NCBI GenBank assembly: GCA_017616975.1
Contig: JAFZXC010000037.1
Location: 1-34,594, forward strand
DNA length: 34,594 nucleotides
Direction: 5' to 3'
Source of the DNA: Alphaproteobacteria bacterium
GTDB lineage: Bacteria > Pseudomonadota > Alphaproteobacteria > Rs-D84
Positions 9,377-17,628 of the stretch are shown here, in pieces (position 1 is the first letter of the stretch; every line of letters begins with the position of its first letter). The position numbers and the translations under genes are program-made. The notes beneath the pieces are model-generated. The model was not told where the DNA came from and searched no databases. It saw nothing but the letters and a program-made list of their open reading frames with translations.

Positions 9377-10612
9377 ATGATGAATATTTTTATCATGATT
9401 GTGGTTGCATTATTTATGGGAACCTATTATTTGATTTCCAGCCCATCTCTGCGTGTCCGTGAACAAGAAATAGACTATTCTATAACCCGTGCCGACATGC
9501 GTTCCATTGCGGAATGCACCATGGCGGTCCACAATGCGACAATGCGCCGCACACAATTTGACGACATTTGTGTCGATCAAAACGATATAAAAAGCGAGAT
9601 TATATGTCTGGACAAACGCAAATCTATCACAGAATGTAGTGCCATAAAAAACAAGGCACCCGACTACACATACATCATCACATACACAAAACCCATCGAA
9701 ACCGAATCATATAATGACATGATGGAAATCTTGGAAACACACTATGCTGACGTTGGGACGTTTGGTGTATTTATGGGAACACAGATTATATCTGGGGGCG
9801 GCACAAAGCGTGCAATTCCGTCCGCCATTGTGAAAAACCATGACTTCAAAGATGGCCAGTTAATATACCTTAGTCAATATGCCATGCCAACCCCGACACA
9901 AAATTACACGACCGATACGGGTGATGCAATTACTTGTCCAACTGGGATGTCTGCTGTGTATCGTTTTGGTCGTTGGCAATGCATCGGGCTGAATTTAAAA
10001 ACAAATTGTGCCGGCGACATGATTTGGGATTCTACTACAAAAGAATGCGTCCCCGACGAAACACGCAAACCATTGTGTGCGGCACAACAAACTGCTGTTA
10101 TTGTTGACGATGTATGGGAATGCATAAATCCTTTTTCGGACAAAACATGTCCAAATAAAATGATTGCCCGATTAAATTACAACACATTGGAATGGGAATG
10201 TGTACAAAACCCAGACGAAGTTGTCCCAGAAACTAAATGTGCCCATATAATTAATGACACAATATCTGGAAATCCGGGTTCAACGATGCGTGTTCCAACG
10301 ACATCTTGTACGGACTGTGAAACAATGATTGTGAACATGGATACATGCCACGCCAAATGCATACCAGATGAAACGAAATTAAATGACGCCCGTTGTTATC
10401 CCCAAGATCGTTCTTGCACCGGCACAGCAAAGGCATTTTATTTTGGATTCCCCAGCATATCATATGCGAACCAGGTCCCCGCAATTACTGGTAAAACCAT
10501 TCCTTTTGATGCGAACCATTCCCAAAACAGAAAATTCAATTGTATGGATTGCGGAAATCGTGGCATAAATCGTGAAAAATCATTTCCACCATATATTGTT
10601 GTATGCAATTAA
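9377..10612 (+). CDS. Membrane-anchored/secreted Cys-rich protein
   Basis: N-terminal TM helix; 22 Cys counted, with repeated C-x(n)-W-x-C units; GGGAGA RBS. Confidence 0.8.
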   Translation: MMNIFIMIVVALFMGTYYLISSPSLRVREQEIDYSITRADMRSIAECTMAVHNATMRRTQFDDICVDQNDIKSEIICLDKRKSITECSAIKNKAPDYTYIITYTKPIETESYNDMMEILETHYADVGTFGVFMGTQIISGGGTKRAIPSAIVKNHDFKDGQLIYLSQYAMPTPTQNYTTDTGDAITCPTGMSAVYRFGRWQCIGLNLKTNCAGDMIWDSTTKECVPDETRKPLCAAQQTAVIVDDVWECINPFSDKTCPNKMIARLNYNTLEWECVQNPDEVVPETKCAHIINDTISGNPGSTMRVPTTSCTDCETMIVNMDTCHAKCIPDETKLNDARCYPQDRSCTGTAKAFYFGFPSISYANQVPAITGKTIPFDANHSQNRKFNCMDCGNRGINREKSFPPYIVVCN

Positions 10613-10636
10613 AAAACGCCCGTTTGGGCGTTTTTT
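10611..10636. terminator. Bidirectional terminator (CGCCC-AAWC-GGGCG family)
   Basis: AAAAAACGCCC-GTTT-GGGCGTTTTTT between convergent genes. Confidence 0.88.
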
Positions 10637-11447
10637 ATTTTGAATCGTGACCATTACGAACATTTTTTAATCTTTGCAGTTCTTCAACCGTTTGATTATA
10701 TTGTTCCAATGGCATTGCCGATTTCATACGAGAATCAGCATTTATCATCATATTATCTTCGGCATCATCTAATCTTTCTTCGCACGCCTGTTCAAATTCA
10801 CGCAATTGTTTTTCCTCGGCAAGTTTTGCTTCGGCGCAATATGGTGTCTTTTTAGCACGCACACCATTTGGATGCCGAGCATCAATAATTGGTTTCATCT
10901 CTTTGCGATAACCTGCACGGTTAACATCTTGTAAATTCTGGCTTGCGATAATGTGTATCGCATTACGCAAAGCCGCCAACATTTTATACGTTCTATCGGA
11001 CGTGCCACTGACACATCTTACAACAATATCGCCCTTTGCAGGATCGATAACGTCATACCATTGTTTGTTTTCCAGTGCGTTATATCCCAAAAACTTTATC
11101 AATTTGTCACGAACACCTGAAACAATGTCATATGCCAATGTATCTTGGGGCAAATCAGCAGAACAAAAATGATATATGCTTTCTTTGCCATTATGTATAA
11201 ACGGGGAAACAGTTCCAAAACGCTTTGGGTTGTACGACATTTCGTGCCATAATGCACGACAAATAATCATACCATCGATATACCCAGTGTGCACTGTGGT
11301 GCTTACTATGGGTTTATCCCAATCCCGAGACTCCATAAAAAGTTCGAACGCACCATTTAATTCTGCACCCGTCAAATCACCAATATAGGCACGGTTTACA
11401 TCATATCTTAAAATGCTGCGCATAACATTTATCTCTGTATTATTCAT
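10635..11447 (-). CDS. Orphan hypothetical protein
   Basis: 270-aa ORF, AGGGGG RBS, charged helical C-terminus; no family recognised. Confidence 0.75.
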   Translation of the reverse strand: MNNTEINVMRSILRYDVNRAYIGDLTGAELNGAFELFMESRDWDKPIVSTTVHTGYIDGMIICRALWHEMSYNPKRFGTVSPFIHNGKESIYHFCSADLPQDTLAYDIVSGVRDKLIKFLGYNALENKQWYDVIDPAKGDIVVRCVSGTSDRTYKMLAALRNAIHIIASQNLQDVNRAGYRKEMKPIIDARHPNGVRAKKTPYCAEAKLAEEKQLREFEQACEERLDDAEDNMMINADSRMKSAMPLEQYNQTVEELQRLKNVRNGHDSK

Positions 11448-11522
11448 ACAACACCCCCTTAGCTATCTTATATATAGCACATTTTTTTGTTTTGTCAACC
11501 ACCTAATAATAAATGCACTTAT

Positions 11523-11548
11523 AAAAAAACAGGGGGCAAACGCCCCCG
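11523..11548 (-). terminator. Terminator after the acyl-CoA synthetase gene
   Basis: Minus strand CGGGGGC-GTTT-GCCCCCTG followed by T7. Confidence 0.8.
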
Positions 11549-11551
11549 TAA

Positions 11552-13162
11552 TTAACCGTCATAACGTTGATATTCGCCCTTGTCCAGCAATTCTTTAACC
11601 ATAAAGTGCTTTATTTTCTTGGCGGACGTCTGCGGCAGTTCTTTGTCAGTAATCGCAAAATGCTTTACCCATTTATATTGTGCGATTTTAAGGTTTGATG
11701 CCTTGATTAATAATGATATATATTCTGGCTTGGTTCCCGGCTTTACCTGGAACACGGCATACGGAACGATTTTACCATTAATTTTGTATTCGAACACTGC
11801 GGCCGCCAAAATATCTGGATTTTGCAGATACAAATCTTCCATTTCTTCGGGCCAAATCTTTTTACCACTTTCCAGCACAATAAGCTGTTTTTGACGCCCT
11901 TTGACAACCAAACGCCCCTTGGAATCAAGCATACCTACATCGCCCGTTTTAAACCAGCCGTCTTCGAATGCGGCAGCGTTTGCTTCGTCATTACCAATAT
12001 ATCCAGGCATCAACATGTTGCCACGGAACCATATTTCACCAACACCGTCTTTGTCTGGGTTATGAATTTTCAGCTCGTTCCCCATAAGTGGCCCAGCATA
12101 ATGTATCCCGTGTCCGTCGGGTTTTGGCACCGCCCAGTTAAACAAAGCCGGCCCAGTCGTTTCTGTTAAACCGAAACAATCGCCAACCGAAAACCCAAGT
12201 TTTTCATAGAATCGACGAATTGTTGGTTTTAATGGTGCACCCGCAGACACCAACACACGTATCCGCCCACCAAAAATATCATGCACTGGTTTGGTCACTT
12301 TATCCACCAATTTACCAAGTCCAATTTTCCGCAACGGTTTTTGCAACGCCAAAATCACACGCATAACCGTCCACAAATGTTTGCTACGCGCTTCGTCCAC
12401 AATTTTCTTAAAGAACACTTCCCAAATACGCGGAACAGCAGGAATAACTTCTGGCTTGTACTTTTTCCAATCGGCAACAAATTCCGTTGGTTTTAATACT
12501 GGTTGCAATAATAATTTACCCTGCATTGTGACCGGGCAAATAACGTTTATAACAATTCCGTATATATGATACAGCGGCAAGAAACCATAGAATGTAAATC
12601 CAGGTTTTACCACATGGGTATAGTATTCTGCACCTTCACATAACGACAACAAATTTCCATGCGTAATGCCCACAACCTTTGGATTACCGGTTGACCCCGA
12701 TGTAAAAGATAATTGTGCAATATCACTGCGCACGACATCGGCTGGGGCAAAATCTTTTTCATCCGTATCGTCATCATTTTCGATATCAAACATTTGAAAT
12801 TCACAATCAAACGCATGAACCCGATCCGCCAAAGCCAGTTTTGCATTTGTGCGCTTCATCATATTAATATGTTCTTCGTGCGCCAGCCCCGTATCCAACA
12901 GCAACGCCTGGGCCCCCATCGATAAAATCGCATAGTAAGATTTAATAAATGCCGGTATATTTGAACACAACAACGCAACAACGTCACCTTTTTTAATTTT
13001 GAACTTTTTTGCCAATAATACCGCACGTTTTTTCACAGCGCTCAAAAAGTCAGCATATGTTTCATTTTCACGCACAAAAAAAATCTTGTCGCTGTTGCGT
13101 GTACAAACATCCGCCAACATTTCATAGACGTTTTTCAATCCAGATTTAGCATTTGTTTCCAT
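11552..13162 (-). CDS. Long-chain acyl-CoA synthetase (AMP-binding)
   Basis: FTSGSTGNPK, FLPLYHIYG, FGLTET, GWFKTGDVG, GRQK; ATG 13162 with AGGGG RBS. Confidence 0.9.
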   Translation of the reverse strand: METNAKSGLKNVYEMLADVCTRNSDKIFFVRENETYADFLSAVKKRAVLLAKKFKIKKGDVVALLCSNIPAFIKSYYAILSMGAQALLLDTGLAHEEHINMMKRTNAKLALADRVHAFDCEFQMFDIENDDDTDEKDFAPADVVRSDIAQLSFTSGSTGNPKVVGITHGNLLSLCEGAEYYTHVVKPGFTFYGFLPLYHIYGIVINVICPVTMQGKLLLQPVLKPTEFVADWKKYKPEVIPAVPRIWEVFFKKIVDEARSKHLWTVMRVILALQKPLRKIGLGKLVDKVTKPVHDIFGGRIRVLVSAGAPLKPTIRRFYEKLGFSVGDCFGLTETTGPALFNWAVPKPDGHGIHYAGPLMGNELKIHNPDKDGVGEIWFRGNMLMPGYIGNDEANAAAFEDGWFKTGDVGMLDSKGRLVVKGRQKQLIVLESGKKIWPEEMEDLYLQNPDILAAAVFEYKINGKIVPYAVFQVKPGTKPEYISLLIKASNLKIAQYKWVKHFAITDKELPQTSAKKIKHFMVKELLDKGEYQRYDG

Positions 13163-13487
13163 ATTTTTCCCCTGTTTCTGCCGTAAGTATAGAACTTTTT
13201 TAGAAAAAAACTCAACCAAATTATGTATTTACTCCTATTTTTAGCTATAAAATCTATATATTGTTTGCGAATCGAAAAAAATTGGCATTTTTATCAACAT
13301 TTTGTGTTTTTCATAAAAAACGAATCGTTTTTTGGCAAAAAAACTTGCCGAAAAAGACACAAACAAAAAATTTGTATTAAACCCATCGGTTTCGATTCGT
13401 CGTGAACCATGCGGAAAACATACCTTTTAAAAAGTAAAGCAAAAAATTAAAAAAAATTGTTTTTTATGCGTTGTTGAAAATCTATAT

Positions 13488-13536
13488 ATATTATATATTG
13501 TTATTAAAACAAGCATCTAAACACTATATATTGTGT
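13488..13536. promoter_or_regulatory. Tandem NrdR boxes
   Basis: ACACTATATATTGTGT (13521-13536) matches the NrdR consensus; weaker ATATTATATATTGTTA starts 33 bp upstream; a third similar site AATCTATATATTGTTT lies at 13251-13266. Confidence 0.8.
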
Positions 13537-13558
13537 TTTTTGACAAAAAGGGTTTTTG

Positions 13559-15598
13559 ATGAAAATGGCAAATGATAATGTTCAAGTGATACCTGAATTC
13601 ACCACCAAGATGACAATTGTTCAAAAGCGTGGCGGTGAAACCGTTCCTTTTGATGCGACCAAGATATATGATGCCATTAAAAAGGCTGTTGCGGTCACAA
13701 ATGAAATAGACAATCAAAAAATCGCCGACATAACCCAGGCGGCATTAAATAAACTGGACGCTAAATTTGCGGGGAAAACCCCAAAAATCGAAGAAATTCA
13801 AGACACCGTTATCGAAGCATTAATGGACGCCCACGCATACAAAACAGCTGAATCATATATTGTATATCGTCAAAAACGTTCCGAAACACGTGAAGCAATG
13901 GTCGATGCAATATCTGTTATTGGTGACTATGTGTCCGAGGCAGACTGGCGTGTCAAAGAAAACGCCAACATTGGTTATTCTATTGGTGGTCTTATCTTGC
14001 GCAGCAGCGAACGTATGACCGCTGAATACTGGTTCCACGTTTATCCAAAAGAAATTGGTGATGCGCACAAATCGGCTGCGATTCATATTCACGACCTTGG
14101 GTGGTTAACTGGCTATTGTGCGGGTTGGTCATTACGTGAATTGTTATACGAAGGATTAAATGGCGTTCCGGGTTATCTGCAATGTGAACCGGCAAAACAT
14201 ATGGCAACGGCTGTATCACACATGGTGAATTTCTTGGGAACATTGCAAAATGAATTTGCTGGCGCCCAGGCTTTCTCGTCGGTGGACACATATTTGGCAC
14301 CATATGTCCGCATTGATAAAATGTCATATTCAGATGTTAAAAATGCTATGCAGACATTGGTATTTAATTGCTCTGTGCCGTGCCGTTGGGGAACACAAAC
14401 ACCATTTATTAATTTCACGTTCGATTGGACATGTCCAAAAGACTTGCGTGAACAACACCCATTTGTTGGTAAAAAACAGGTTGAATTTACATATGGCGAT
14501 TTGCAACCAGAAATGGACATGATTAACAAAGCATTTTTGGAAGTCATGACCGAAGGTGATGCTCATGGTCGCCCATTTACATTTCCGATACCGACATATA
14601 ATATCACTGATGATTTTCCGTGGAATCATGCCAATGTAAAACCATTGTTTGATTTGGCGGCAAAATACGGTATTCCAAATTTCCAGAATTTCTTGAACAG
14701 CGACTTAAATCCAACCGATGTGCGTTCAATGTGTTGCCGTCTGCGTCTTGACGTGCGTGAATTGTTGAAACGTGGCGGTGGATTATTTGGTTCTGCAGAA
14801 AAGACTGGATCTATCGGCGTTGTCACAATCAACTTGGCTCGTCTTGGCTATACGCACAAGGGCGACCGTGAAGGTTTATTCACAGAATTAAAACGTCTTT
14901 TGGATTTGGCACGTGATTCATTGGAAATCAAACGTAAAATCATTTCCAAGAATTTGGAACGTGGGCTCTATCCATTTACACGTCGTTATTTGGGCGACTG
15001 GAATCACCATTTTTCGACGATTGGTGTTAACGGTGCAAATGAAATGGTTCGCAACTTTACAGATGATCGTGAAAACATTGCAACACCATTGGGTAAAAAA
15101 TTGGTATTGGATGTAATGGACTTTATCCGTGAAAATCTTGCGAATTTCCAGGAACAAACCGGCAACCTGTATAATCTTGAGGCAACACCTGCCGAAGGTT
15201 GCGCATATCGCTTTGCGAAAACAGACAAAAAGAATTTCCCAGACATATTAACCGCCGGTACCGAAGATGCGCCCTATTACACAAATTCGACACAATTACC
15301 GGTGAACTATACAGACGACCCGTTTGTTGCACTTGAACACCAGGAAGAATTACAACGTAAATATACTGGCGGGACAATGTTGCACTTGTACATGGGTGAA
15401 CCTGTATCATCTGGCGAAGCGGCACAAAAGATTGTTCGCACAATCTTTGAAAATTACAAGGTGCCATATATGACATTGACCCCGACATTTTCCATCTGTC
15501 CAAAGCATGGATATCTGCCGGGCAAGCACGAGTTTTGTCCAAAATGCGATGCGGAAATTGCCGCAAACAGCAACGAGATAAAAACATCAAACAATTAA
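13559..15598 (+). CDS. nrdD: Class III anaerobic ribonucleotide reductase, large part (lacks glycyl-radical loop)
   Basis: N-terminal ATP cone (VQKRGG..VPFD..KI), HIHDL, SMCCRL finger loop, NLEATPAE, YYTNS, C-terminal CPKH...CPKC. Confidence 0.95.
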   Translation: MKMANDNVQVIPEFTTKMTIVQKRGGETVPFDATKIYDAIKKAVAVTNEIDNQKIADITQAALNKLDAKFAGKTPKIEEIQDTVIEALMDAHAYKTAESYIVYRQKRSETREAMVDAISVIGDYVSEADWRVKENANIGYSIGGLILRSSERMTAEYWFHVYPKEIGDAHKSAAIHIHDLGWLTGYCAGWSLRELLYEGLNGVPGYLQCEPAKHMATAVSHMVNFLGTLQNEFAGAQAFSSVDTYLAPYVRIDKMSYSDVKNAMQTLVFNCSVPCRWGTQTPFINFTFDWTCPKDLREQHPFVGKKQVEFTYGDLQPEMDMINKAFLEVMTEGDAHGRPFTFPIPTYNITDDFPWNHANVKPLFDLAAKYGIPNFQNFLNSDLNPTDVRSMCCRLRLDVRELLKRGGGLFGSAEKTGSIGVVTINLARLGYTHKGDREGLFTELKRLLDLARDSLEIKRKIISKNLERGLYPFTRRYLGDWNHHFSTIGVNGANEMVRNFTDDRENIATPLGKKLVLDVMDFIRENLANFQEQTGNLYNLEATPAEGCAYRFAKTDKKNFPDILTAGTEDAPYYTNSTQLPVNYTDDPFVALEHQEELQRKYTGGTMLHLYMGEPVSSGEAAQKIVRTIFENYKVPYMTLTPTFSICPKHGYLPGKHEFCPKCDAEIAANSNEIKTSNN

Positions 15599-15630
15599 AA
15601 AAACAACCAAACAAAGGAAAGGGGGATAAA

Positions 15631-15816
15631 ATGCAAGCAGTAAACACACAACGGACACCATGTGAAGTATTTTCACGTTCAATGGGATATATCAGACCAG
15701 TTCGTAATTTTAACATTGGCAAATACTCGGAATTCTGCGAAAGAAAAACTTTTACCGAAGCAAATTCATTGACCGCAGGCGCACGTCACGAAGAATTAAT
15801 GAAAAAAGCAGCTTAA
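15631..15816 (+). CDS. Stand-alone glycyl-radical domain of NrdD (61 aa)
   Basis: MQAVNTQRTPCEVFSRSMGYIRPVRNFNIGKYSEFCERK: RxxGY radical motif plus FNxGKxxE tail; own RBS (AAAGGGGGA). Confidence 0.88.
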   Translation: MQAVNTQRTPCEVFSRSMGYIRPVRNFNIGKYSEFCERKTFTEANSLTAGARHEELMKKAA

Positions 15817-15820
15817 TAAA

Positions 15821-16522
15821 ATGCCCGATATCCAGATTGGTGGTTTGGTTTCGTTCACAACAATAGACTATCCAGGAAAGCTTGCTGCGGTATTGTTTTT
15901 GGTTGGTTGTCCGTTGCGTTGTGCATATTGTTCGAATCCACACCTGCTGGAAGTGGGACCGGGGGAATATGACCCGGACAAGATTTACACATGGTTGCAA
16001 ACCCGCATTGGCAAATTGGAAGCCGTCGTATTTTCTGGGGGCGAAGCATTAATGCAGGGCGATGCGACCATTTCTTTTATGAAACGCGTGCGTGGTCTGG
16101 GTTTTGCAATTGGACTGCACACAAATGGTTTTTATCCAAAAATGTTGGAACGTGCTGCCGAATATGTTGATTGGATTGGACTTGATTACAAGGCGACACG
16201 TGAAAAATACGAACAACTTGTTGGAAACAGTATTGCATACGATAACATGATTCAATCGCTGGAATTTTGGAAAACAACTGGTAAAGATTTTGAAGTCCGC
16301 ATAACATGCGACCCCAGATTTATCGATAAAAACGATTTAATTGCGATTACAAGCGACTTGAACGCACGTGGCGTATCAACAGTCGCCATTCAAAAATACG
16401 TACCTCATTTCGAAGACGATGCGCATAAAACAACCGCCGATCAACGCAACCAGTTCTTTGAAGATACTGAATTGCGACACAAGATTTCCGCCATGGTTCC
16501 CAACACTGTTTGGCGGGAATAA
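15821..16522 (+). CDS. nrdG: Anaerobic RNR activating radical SAM enzyme
   Basis: FTTIDYPG, CPLRCAYC radical-SAM motif, VFSGGE, LHTNG; directly follows nrdD. Confidence 0.93.
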   Translation: MPDIQIGGLVSFTTIDYPGKLAAVLFLVGCPLRCAYCSNPHLLEVGPGEYDPDKIYTWLQTRIGKLEAVVFSGGEALMQGDATISFMKRVRGLGFAIGLHTNGFYPKMLERAAEYVDWIGLDYKATREKYEQLVGNSIAYDNMIQSLEFWKTTGKDFEVRITCDPRFIDKNDLIAITSDLNARGVSTVAIQKYVPHFEDDAHKTTADQRNQFFEDTELRHKISAMVPNTVWRE

Positions 16523-16550
16523 AAAAGACGCCCAATCGGGCGTTTTTTTT
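16521..16550. terminator. Bidirectional terminator (CGCCC-AAWC-GGGCG family)
   Basis: ACGCCC-AATC-GGGCGT flanked by A and T tracts. Confidence 0.88.
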
Positions 16551-16800
16551 AATCTCTCATTTTATCATCGTCATCTGGAAATAATTTTGCGAAATCAGCA
16601 AATGTCATATGCAAAGAATTTAATACCTTGACCAAAGTGCACATTGACGGCCATCGTTCTTTGCCGGACGGGAAAACCCGTTTGCTTTTGTTAAATGTTG
16701 TCGGGTCCAAACCGCTACGCCGTGCAAGACCAGAAACGCTGACACTATTAACCATCGCCAATTTATCAAAAGCGTGCCATGTCTGCGAATTTGTTATCAT
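16549..16800 (-). CDS. HTH DNA-binding protein (N-domain of the alphaproteobacterial HTH-S24 repressor family, no peptidase domain)
   Basis: W.AFDKLA...SVSGLARRSGLDPTTFNKSKR...GKERWPS; ATG 16800 with GGAGA RBS. Confidence 0.8.
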   Translation of the reverse strand: MITNSQTWHAFDKLAMVNSVSVSGLARRSGLDPTTFNKSKRVFPSGKERWPSMCTLVKVLNSLHMTFADFAKLFPDDDDKMRD

Positions 16801-16911
16801 ATTATTCTCCAATTATATTTATACAAACCCTTGTATAATTCAAACGGCATTCTAATTATAATTGTTTTTAAGAATAAAATCAACTTGTTTTTGTTGAAAC
16901 CAACGGCCAAT

Positions 16912-16936
16912 AAAAAACCGCCCAAACGGGCGGTTC
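16912..16936 (-). terminator. Terminator after the orphan ORF (CGCCC-AAWC-GGGCG family)
   Basis: AACCGCCC-AAAC-GGGCGGTT with a T-tract on the minus strand. Confidence 0.8.
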
Positions 16937-16940
16937 AAAA

Positions 16941-17204
16941 TTATTTTTTATTATAACTTCTTATTTTTTCCCTTCGGGCTTTTACAACATCTTGCCTGTC
17001 CGCAAAGTAATTTTCCAAAAACAGATATAAATCAGCCAATTCCCCATTTAATTTCTGGGATAACAAATTAAAATCTTTCTTTTTGGCACCACTTGTCGCC
17101 TTTAAGATTCTTTGTTGGTCTGTTAAAACCTGGATTTCACGACAATGATCCAAAATCGCATACATATTAAAATTTTCTGGAAAAGGAAATAAATTTTCAC
17201 GCAT
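16941..17204 (-). CDS. Orphan hypothetical protein (87 aa)
   Basis: Strong AAAGGAGAG RBS, helical charged sequence, own terminator. Confidence 0.7.
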   Translation of the reverse strand: MRENLFPFPENFNMYAILDHCREIQVLTDQQRILKATSGAKKKDFNLLSQKLNGELADLYLFLENYFADRQDVVKARREKIRSYNKK

Positions 17205-17223
17205 TTATCTCTCCTTTAAAAAA

Positions 17224-17425
17224 CTGGCGGATGGGGATTCCTGTCCTTGATAAACAATAACCAACCGTAAATGCAAAAATTCTATTAACCATATCCGTTT
17301 TTGCACGGTTGTTAATTGTTCATCTGCGTATTGGTCATGCACAACTTGCGTTGTTCTGACCGATCCCTCCCCATCTTTTGTTAAAATTAAAAATCCCTCG
17401 CTGATGGATTTTTAAAATTTTAATC
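17224..17425 (-). repeat. tRNA-Ser 3'-end-bounded structured element (att-like direct repeat plus inverted copy)
   Basis: CTGGCGGATGGGGA at 17224-17237 and 17425-17438; inverted 13-nt copy at 17363-17375; hairpins at 17249-17324, 17333-17361 and 17381-17423. Confidence 0.75.
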
Positions 17426-17515
17426 TGGCGGATGGGGAGGGATTCGAACCCCCGGAAGCCTTGCGACTTCAGCGGTTTTCAAGACCGTCGCATTCGACCG
17501 CTCTGCCACCCATCC
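17426..17515 (-). tRNA. tRNA-Ser (TGA)
   Basis: GGATGGG/CCCATCC acceptor stem, CTTGAAA anticodon loop, long variable arm, GTTCGAA T-loop, G73 and CCA. Confidence 0.97.
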
Positions 17516-17599
17516 TAAACTTTTTCTTTTACCGCTGGTCTTTCAACCTGCGGTTTCTCAGCCAGGGTCACCCATGGTTTTCTCCTTTGCTCGTCGCCT

Positions 17600-17628
17600 A
17601 TTCTAACTTTATTTTTTCTTAAACGCAA
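17600..17628 (-). promoter_or_regulatory. sigma70-type promoter for the tRNA-Ser transcript
   Basis: Minus strand TTGCGT-N17-TAGAAT overlapping the lgt stop codon. Confidence 0.65.

Noticed and set aside
13220-13555. Replication origin
   Set aside because: AT-rich with only one near-consensus DnaA box; better explained as divergent promoters with NrdR boxes.
15560-15600. Programmed -1 frameshift joining NrdD to its radical domain
   Set aside because: No canonical in-frame slippery heptamer or stimulatory hairpin seen, and the small ORF has its own RBS.
15123-15722. 199-aa minus-strand ORF over the nrdD junction
   Set aside because: Antisense to well-supported genes, with no motifs.
17531-17590. 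TPP riboswitch (GGCUGAGA and CCAGCG present)
   Set aside because: Lacks the ACCUGA and AGGGA core elements and precedes a tRNA rather than a thiamine gene.
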